Below are positions 55,550 through 64,000 of a DNA stretch of 64,000 nt, one piece after another. A model generated the notes under the pieces. That model made no database searches, had not been told where the DNA came from, and worked only from the letters and a program-made list of their open reading frames with translations. A program made the position numbers and the translations under genes. Position 1 is the stretch's first letter. Each line of letters opens with the position of its first letter. This DNA comes from Octopus vulgaris (lineage: Eukaryota), in contig OX597840.1 of NCBI GenBank assembly GCA_951406725.2, positions 25,048,001 through 25,112,000 on the forward strand, in the 5' to 3' direction.

Positions 55550-55719
55550 CTATTTGTGTCTGTATGCATGGATATGCCATGGACTGCTAACTGAGAACCT
55601 CTCACAATGCCCTAACAACCAAGAAAATCATTAGTGGATGGCGTGTGTACCGGGAATGGGGTATGCATTGTGTGCGGGTGGATATGTGTTATGCGTATGT
55701 GTATGTGTGTGTGTATTTC

Positions 55720-55751
<32 letters not shown>

Positions 55752-56106
55752 AATAGGTATGTAGGTAGGCAGGTAGAGAGGTGGAGAGGTTCGAAGATAG
55801 GTAAGTGGGTTACAGGGTTAGGTCGCTATATATATATATATATGTGTGTGTGGATAAGTAGGTGAGTAGGTATGTACTTGTATTCCTGAGCGTGTATATA
55901 CCACACATACATGCATGTATGTATGTATGTATGTAATCATTATGTGTGTGTGTGTATATAAGTAGGTAAGCATGTCTATAGGTAAAATGATAGGTAGTAA
56001 TAAGTAGGTGTGTAGATTACTTAATTCACAGGTTGTATATTTATTCAAGCATGTTGTTAATGCATATATAGATGAAGTTGTGTTTATATGTATATATATA
56101 TGTGTG

Positions 56107-56158
<52 letters not shown>

Positions 56159-56284
56159 TATATATGTATGTATGTATATATATATATATATACGTACATA
56201 CATACATACATATATATGTATATATATATGTGTGTATTTGTTTGTGTGTTTATATATAAATACACACACAAACATATATATATA

Positions 56285-56440
56285 TGACGGGCTTCTTTCA
56301 GTTTCCGTCTGCCAAATCCGCTCACAAGGCTTTTGTCGGCCCGAAGCTATAGTAGAAGGCACTTAACCAAGGTGCCACGCAGTGGTACTGAACCTAGAAC
56401 CACGTGGTTAGGAAGTAAGCTTCTTACCACACACCCACTC
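56285..56440 (-). mobile_element. SINE A 5' half
   Basis: Reverse complement of the head. Confidence 0.8.
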
Positions 56441-56578
56441 CCGCACATGTGTGTGTGTGTGTATAATCACACGTGTTTGTATGAGTACACACATACAAAC
56501 GGACATTTATATATGTGTGTATGTGTCTTTGTGTGTCTATATTTATCTGTCCTATCCGTTTCTGTTTCTGTCTATCGA

Positions 56579-56611
<33 letters not shown>

Positions 56612-56613
<2 letters not shown>

Positions 56614-56855
56614 GGGCAAAACGCCCCCCGTCCAATGGACGGTGCGAGTTGTCAAATTAAACCAAATTTTCTCAAAACAACTTGTCCGACCGTACCATAG
56701 GCCCCACCTGGAATCGATTTTTGTAATTTTTTCAAGACTTATACACACCCTGATACCGTCGGTGTCTACATATCAAATTTGAGCGCAATCGGATGGAGGA
56801 TGCCCGAGATCCTAGAAGACACACTCACAGACAGACAGAACGGATTTTATATAAA

Positions 56856-56856
<1 letters not shown>
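56612..56856. mobile_element. Possible non-autonomous Helitron/Helentron fragment
   Basis: caaatttgagcgcaatcgg...cacagacagacaga...ttttatata resembles subterminal motifs of such elements; recalled similarity only. Confidence 0.35.
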
Positions 56857-56887
<31 letters not shown>

Positions 56888-56899
56888 GCATATATATCT

Positions 56900-57105
56900 A
56901 ACCGTGTGTGTACCGTTGGCGATATTTTTTCCTCCGTCTTCCCTTCCTTGGATCTTTCCTTTTCTTATATTTCTGACGAAGAGCTCCGCTCGAAACGTTA
57001 AGCCCCCCTTCTTTCCTTCTTTCTTGAACGTCCAATAATACTCTACTTATTCCACGTCCTCGCGTTGTTGTGTTTTCTCTTTGTGTTTTCATGTTTGGAT
57101 TAACT
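56900..57105 (+). mobile_element. Small repeat with hammerhead core at about 56970-57002
   Basis: ttt CTGACGA a gagc tcc gctc GAAACGTT aag; paralogue of 13200-13400. Confidence 0.65.
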
Positions 57106-57123
57106 GTATATATATATATACAT

Positions 57124-57447
57124 ATATTATATTAAATTAGAGATAAAACCACTATTAGGCAAATCATACAATGAAAAACTTAAGCCAATACATAAGATTA
57201 ATTAATTTATATCATTTTAAATATATATCAAAATTATAAATATTTTTTTAATAATTTTGATATATATTTAAAATGATATAAATTAATTAATCTTATGTAT
57301 TGGCTTAAGTTTTTCATTGTATGATTTGCCTAATAGTGGTTTTATCTCTAATTTAATATAATATAATATTTTACTATAAAATTGGATTCAATCCTAAATC
57401 TGATTTTTCCCTGTAAGTTTGGATTTATTCCCTAATATTTTATTATT
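57124..57447. mobile_element. Penelope-like remnant forming a ~115-bp-arm palindrome
   Basis: 57124-57240 is the reverse complement of about 57250-57365; the right part matches 5355-5556. Confidence 0.8.
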
Positions 57448-57448
57448 A

Positions 57449-57479
<31 letters not shown>

Positions 57480-57541
57480 CATACAATATATATATATATA
57501 TATATATACATATGTATATATACATATGTATATATATATAC

Positions 57542-57582
<41 letters not shown>

Positions 57583-58056
57583 CACACATATATATATATA
57601 TAGATGGAGAGAGAGAGCAAGAGAGAGAGACAGATAGATTATATGTAGTATAAGCATATGTCCTTGAGGTCCTGTTCGCAATCCCGATCGTGACATTTTC
57701 AGTAAGAGTTGTCTTCCCAATCAACACGACACGAAGTAATAATTACCAGTAAAAATTGTATGGATTGTTCGCAGAATTGAAAGGTTCAATGAAATCCTCA
57801 TTCACATGCTTTATTTTTTTATTTATTTATTTATTTATTTATTTTTTTCTGATTCAATGAGAAACATATTTTCTCTTGATTTCACAACTGAAAAACCCTT
57901 CGTCGTAAGGGACATGAAATCGTCGGACAAAATGTCTTGCGGTGCTTTATCCGAGATCGAATAAACTGAGAACATAAATTCTAAGTTCAAATAATGTCGC
58001 CTAAGCTCAACTTTCCATTCAACAACCAAAATCAAAGCTATACAATTCAAGCTGGT

Positions 58057-58110
<54 letters not shown>

Positions 58111-58154
58111 TATGTATCTATATATATATATATACATATATATGTATATACATA

Positions 58155-58221
<67 letters not shown>

Positions 58222-58225
<4 letters not shown>

Positions 58226-58759
58226 TATATATAAGGAGCTTCTACAGGACTAGTAATGTTTCATTCAAGAGAAATCTTCAGGAAGCTATTTAACAAGAAT
58301 TGTATTAGCATTTATACATTTAGGCAGGTTTAAAGGAGTGGTGGTGGGGGACTTTTTGGGGGTAGGCATAGCGCAAAATATCATACTTGGGGAGTGGTCA
58401 AGGAGTCAGTGGTAAGTTAGATGAAAGAATAGATAAATAAAAAAAATAAAAAAATAAAAAATAAAAAAATATTTTTTATTTATCTATTCTTTCATCTAAC
58501 TTACCACTGACTCCTTGACCACTCCCCCAAGTATGATATTTTGCGCTATGCCTACCCCCAAAAGTCCCCCACCACCACTCCTTTAAACCTGCCTAAATGT
58601 ATAAATGCTAATACAATTCTTGTTAAATAGCTTCCTGAAGATTTCTCTTGAATGAAACAGTACTAGTCCTGTAGAAGCTCCTTCTATATAATAAATTAAT
58701 TTTACTCTGCTATGTATTGAGTACCTTACTTACTGTGGTTAACGAATCAACCCGGGACC

Positions 58760-58760
<1 letters not shown>
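58222..58760. mobile_element. Penelope-like remnant forming a ~220-bp-arm palindrome with a hammerhead in each arm
   Basis: 58222-58445 is the reverse complement of about 58472-58695 with few differences; (TA)n on both sides. Confidence 0.85.
58629..58679 (+). ncRNA. Type I hammerhead ribozyme motif (mirror copy 58237-58287 on minus strand)
   Basis: agcttc CTGAAGA tttc tctt gaat GAAACAG tactagtc CTGTA gaagct; stem I 6/6 bp, stem III acag/ctgt, GUA site. Confidence 0.82.
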
Positions 58761-58797
<37 letters not shown>

Positions 58798-58999
58798 CAT
58801 ATACATTTATACATATATGCCATTTTTGTCTTCTGCGCAGCTGTTTCTCATAAAAATTTATATTAAAATCTGGTTATTTGTGTTTATTTATAAAGGTTAG
58901 GCGTGCGTTGCATTGTACGTCTTGTAGATCATGCATGCCTTGCGTTCATTCACGAAACACAAATTCGTCTGTTCCATCTATCTATCTATCTATCTATTG

Positions 59000-59036
<37 letters not shown>

Positions 59037-59223
59037 CCTACCTATCTATTTGGCTGCTTCTATCACTCTAGCTATCTAGCAATCCATCCCTCTTTCTGTC
59101 TGTCTGTCTGTCTATCTGTCTATACGTCTTGGTGTTTTATACGTATACATATGTGTTTATGTATATGTATAGGTGTCACGATTAGCCAGTGGGTATTTAT
59201 AAGTGTATATGTATGTATATACT

Positions 59224-59279
<56 letters not shown>

Positions 59280-59393
59280 TGTGTGTGTGTGTCTATATAT
59301 GTGTGTATATATATATGTATATATGTATGTATATATATATATATGTTTGTGTGTGTATATATGTATATATATATGTGTATAGGTTTATATATG

Positions 59394-59446
<53 letters not shown>

Positions 59447-59795
59447 ATATTTATATACATATACATATATGTATGTATGTATATATTTATATACATATAT
59501 GTATGTATGTATGTATGTATGTATATATTTATATACATACATACATATATTTATATACATATACATATACATACATACATATACATACATATACATACAT
59601 ACATATACATACATACATATACATGCATACATATATTTATATACATATACATATATGTATATGTATGTATGTATGTATGTATGTATATACATATACATAT
59701 ACATATACATACATACATATACATACATACATATATTTATATACATATACATATATGTATATGTATGTATGTATGTATATACATATACATATATG

Positions 59796-59827
<32 letters not shown>

Positions 59828-60656
59828 TGTATGTATATACATATACATATATGTATGTATATGTGTTTGCAAGAATGTATATATATATATATATATGTAT
59901 ATAAACAGACTGAGAGAGAGAGAGAGAGAGAGATATGCGTTACATGTAGTTTGCGTCTATTTGTGTTTAATGCGTGTATATGTCTGGCATGTGTATATAT
60001 TATACACACGAGCACAGTGACATTTCCACTCCACATTCTCATCTCATCTCATCTCATCTCCCGTTACATCACGCATAAAAGATGAAATGCACAGCTGCAC
60101 TGGAAATACATGTTTCATCCCTCGCACCTCCATACACACCTTAATATACACACACATATATAGTCCCCCTTCACACACACACACACACACACATATATAA
60201 GTTACTACTTTCTCAAATGCATATACACACACACGCAAGCATATTGTATCAGTGCACATTTAAATATTTCTCTTTTGTCCAAAAGGGTTTTTAACCCAGT
60301 ATTTACACGCGTTTATTTATAGCTCTACCCGCTTCGAGCCTCACTGTTCCACGTAAAAGTTACTTCACATAACCTCCTTGTTTGAAAATTGTTGTGGCTC
60401 AACAATGTATATACATACATACATACATACATACATACATACATGTTTCTCTCCTTGTTTTTTTCTGTGTCCCTTTCTATGGAAGAGCGTAGGCTCGAAA
60501 CGTAAAAGACTTTTTTAATTCCTGAACGTTATACTAATACATCTGTTTGTTTTCTACACAACCTGTCTTCGTCTTTTTCGTGAATTCTCCGTACATACAT
60601 ACATACACACAACATACATACATACATACATGCATACATACATACATACATACATA

Positions 60657-60770
60657 TGCCTTTCATCCTTTCGAGGTCGATAAATAGAGTACCAGTTGCG
60701 TACTGGGGTCGACCTAATCGACTGGCCCCCTCCCCCAAAACTTCGGGCCTTGTGCCTAGAGTAGAAAAGT
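60657..60770 (+). mobile_element. SINE B 3' half, third tail variant
   Basis: gcctttcatcctttcgaggtcgataaatagagtacc...gggccttgtgcctagagtagaaaag; same tail as the 42790 copy. Confidence 0.8.
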
Positions 60771-60825
60771 AGATAGATAGATAGATTGATAGATAGATAG
60801 ATAGATACTTAGATAGATAGATACT

Positions 60826-60901
<76 letters not shown>

Positions 60902-61341
60902 CTGATATATAGATTATCATAGATAGATAGATTTACAGACTCACACACATACATATATTTGTGTGAGCGTCTGAGCTGTCGTCTGTTGTGCATCTTAATC
61001 AATGACTGTTTTATGATTTGGGACAAATCCTGCTGGGTTTAATACAAGGGAAACGACGACGGTAAAACCTGTATCTTGATACGACGCGTATACACACATG
61101 CGTGTATTTTTGTGTATTTATTACGTTTTTATATTATGTCCAACAACAACAACGAAAAAAAAAATGCTGTAAGCCCACCTGTCCTCTCTCCACCTCCACT
61201 CCCACCGCCACACAAGCAAAATGAGAGCAAAGCGTGTCATATATTACTTAGCTATGTGTATAAGTTGACCTGTTATTAAAGATTAAAGATTTTGCGCACC
61301 ATTAATCACGACTTTATAGTTGTCTACTACATATCTATATA

Positions 61342-61697
61342 CGTGGAGGCGCAATGGCCCAGTGGTTAGGGCAGCGGACTCGCGGTCGTAGGATCGCGGT
61401 TTCGATTCCCAGACCGGGCGTTGTGAGTGTTTATTGAGCGAAAACACCTAAAAGCTCCACGAGGCTCCTGCAGGGGATGGTGGTGATCCCTGCTGTACTC
61501 TTTCACCACAACTTTCTCTCACTCTTACTTCCTGTTTCTGTTGTACCTGTATTTCAAAGGGCCGGACTTGTCACTCTCTGTGTCACGCTGAATATCCCCG
61601 AGAACTACGTTAAGGGTACACGTTAATATCACGAGCAGGCTGTTCTGTTGATCGGATCAACCGGAACCCTCGTCGTCGTAACCGACGGAGTGCTTCC
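61342..61697 (+). mobile_element. SINE C, TSD atctatatac
   Basis: Matches 46901-47287 with a ~30-bp internal deletion. Confidence 0.92.
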
Positions 61698-61763
61698 ATC
61701 TATATACATACGTATATAGATAGATAAACAGACAGACAGATAGTCAGACAAACAGATGTATAT

Positions 61764-61962
61764 ACTCTTTTAATCTTTTACTTGTTTCAGTCATTTGACT
61801 GCGGCCATGCTGGAGCACCACCTTTAGTCGACCAAATCGACCCCGAGACTTATTCTTTGTAAGCCCAGTACTTATTCTATCGGTCTCTTTTTGCCGAACC
61901 GCTAAGTGACAGGGACGTAAACACACCAGCATCGGTTGTCAAGCAATGCTAGGGGGACAAAC
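61764..61962 (-). mobile_element. SINE A 3' half
   Basis: Reverse-complement match. Confidence 0.88.
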
Positions 61963-61974
61963 ACACACACACAC

Positions 61975-62031
<57 letters not shown>

Positions 62032-62032
62032 G

Positions 62033-63135
62033 AATATGTTGTCCGGAAAGTTCTGAGCGTTTTTAAGCTAAATCTTTGAACGCTTCATTGGACACACCTG
62101 AAACGTAACAGAGTTAAAACTTTGGCGTTGCTAGAAGTGGTAGTGCATCTCGTCTTTGTTCCTCACCAAAAATCCGTTTATCTTTCATTCTGGTTACCCT
62201 TTAATGATATTCGAAATGGATAACCAAAAATTTTATATTCACTTTGTAATGTTTTTCTTAAAAATAAATAAATGTGAAAATGCTGCAAACACTTTCAAAA
62301 ACATTTGTAAAGTTTGTGATGATGCTGCAGGTGAATCAACTGTTCGAAGCTGGTTTGCAAAATTTAAAACTGGAGAGTTTAGCTTGGAAGACGACAGTCG
62401 CAGTGGAAGATCTTCAAAATTGGATGTGAATGTTTTGAAGGCAAAAATCGAAGAAAACTCCAATATCAAGACTAGAGAACTTGCAGAGGAGTTGAAAGTT
62501 CTTAAAAGTATGGCTGATGAACACCTTGTGAAGCTAGGATACATTTCTTGCTATAATGTAATGGGTCCCTCACAAACTCTCAGAAAAGAATTGCTTGGAC
62601 CAGAATTCTGTTTGTGATATGTTTTTGAAATGGAATGAAAGCCTGGCTTTTTTGAAACGACTTGTGACTGGAGATGAAAATGGATCGTGTGAGTAAATGT
62701 AGTGTGAAAAAGATTCAGGATTTCACGTAAAGATCTCCCAAAGCAGCATCCAGAGACAAATATCCAGCCAAAAACACTATGCTTTGTGTTTGGTGGGATC
62801 ATGAAGGCATTATTTATTATGAGCTTCTCCCACAAAACCAGACTATTAATTATGATGTGTACTCTCGTCAACAGGCTTAATTTGAGCCAAAAATATCAAA
62901 GAACTGAGGCTTGAGATTACCAAAAGGAAAGGGGTAGTGTTCCAACAAGACAACACCCAATCACACTTGTCTTTGGCTACACCCCAAAAAGTTACATGAG
63001 CTCGGCTGGGATCTCTTACCCCAGCCACCAGATTCTCCTGATATTGTGCCATTTGATTACCACTTGTTTTTGTCTGTACAGAATTCATTGCAAGAAAATG
63101 CATTTAATGATTTAGATGGAGTTAAAATGCATATT
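62033..63135 (+). pseudogene. Mariner (Tc1/mariner, DD34D-type) transposase, frameshifted
   Basis: TVRSWFAKFKTGEFSLEDDSRSGR, RELAEEL, LVTGDE, LCVWWD, QQDN and SPDIVPFDYHLF motifs; 5' end follows a TA-rich site. Confidence 0.92.
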
Positions 63136-63358
63136 GATTGATTGATTGATTCTAGATTCAGCTCACGAGCTGTGGCCATGCTGGGGCACCGCCATTTGGT
63201 GTTGCTACATGGTTTTACTTCACGAATGCTTTTTAGCAACTGCCATTTGGTGCATGAGAGAGTTCGATGCAGCTGCCCTCATCTGCACCTCCTGCCGTGA
63301 AGTTGGTTCATCTGGGACACCTGACAAGAAGAGATCCAGTTTCATTTTAAAGACATCT
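63136..63358 (-). mobile_element. CR1-like LINE 3' end (ORF2 C-terminus + 3' UTR + (ATCA)n)
   Basis: My minus-strand translation: FKMKLDLFLSGVPDEPTSRQEVQMRAAASNSLMHQ; ends ggcggtgccccagcatggccacagctcgtgagctgaa...aatcaatcaat. Confidence 0.7.
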
Positions 63359-63389
63359 TATATAAAGACATATATATATATATGTGTGT

Positions 63390-63720
63390 ATAGCATTGGA
63401 CCGACCAAAGCCTTGTCAGGTTTTGTAGATTGAAACTGAAAGAAATCCGTCATATATATAAATGTGTATGTGTGTGTGTGTGTGTATGTGTGTGAGTGTG
63501 TGTGTGTATGTGTGTTTCTTGGTATCTATGTTTGTCCCTACCACTGCTTAACAACCGGTGTTGGAGTGATTACGTCCCCGGAACTTAGCGGTTCAGCAAA
63601 AGCGACCGACAGAATAAGTACTAGGCTTAAAAATGTCCTGGGATCGATTTGTTCGACTCAGACCCTTCAATGCGGTGCTCCAGCAAGGCCGCAGTAAAAT
63701 AACTGAAACAAGTAAAAGAA
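63390..63720 (+). mobile_element. SINE A, diverged, 5'-truncated
   Basis: gaccaaagccttg...gcggtgctccagcaaggccgcag...actgaaacaagtaaaag. Confidence 0.8.
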
Positions 63721-63852
63721 CCAAAAAATAAAAGAATTAGATTACAAGCCATAGTTGGTATGGATGCAATGGTACCAAGTTCGAATCCTGTCTAGATATA
63801 TGTGAGTGTGCGTGTGTGTGTGTATATATATATGTGTGTGTGAGAGAGAGAT

Positions 63853-63938
<86 letters not shown>

Positions 63939-64000
63939 TAGTTGGCCTGGTTATGATCGTTGATGAATCAAATTTATCGAAAAGTAGTGCAAAGTTGGAA

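Overview
Eukaryotic, extremely microsatellite-rich DNA, almost certainly intergenic or intronic. The SINE set and the (TA)n/(TACA)n/(GATA)n landscape look like an octopus/coleoid cephalopod genome (inference). I recognise no host protein-coding exon, and most ORFs in the track are microsatellite translations. Real coding signal comes only from decayed transposons: a Tx1/L1-clade LINE (one RT fragment plus four 3' copies), a HERO-like restriction-endonuclease retroelement fragment, a CR1-like LINE 3' end and a mariner transposase pseudogene. Around them are dozens of tRNA-derived SINE copies (families called A-D here), minisatellites and a TIR element with telomeric repeats. Three things stand out. 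(1) About 10 complete or near-complete minimal type I hammerhead ribozyme motifs, plus several remnants, from many families of small Penelope-like elements inserted into (TA)n tracts. (2) A Tx1-like LINE whose young copies all sit in (GATA)n arrays. (3) A SINE carrying a Tx1-like 3' tail that repeatedly abuts the same site in its own family, giving 184-bp tandem arrays.
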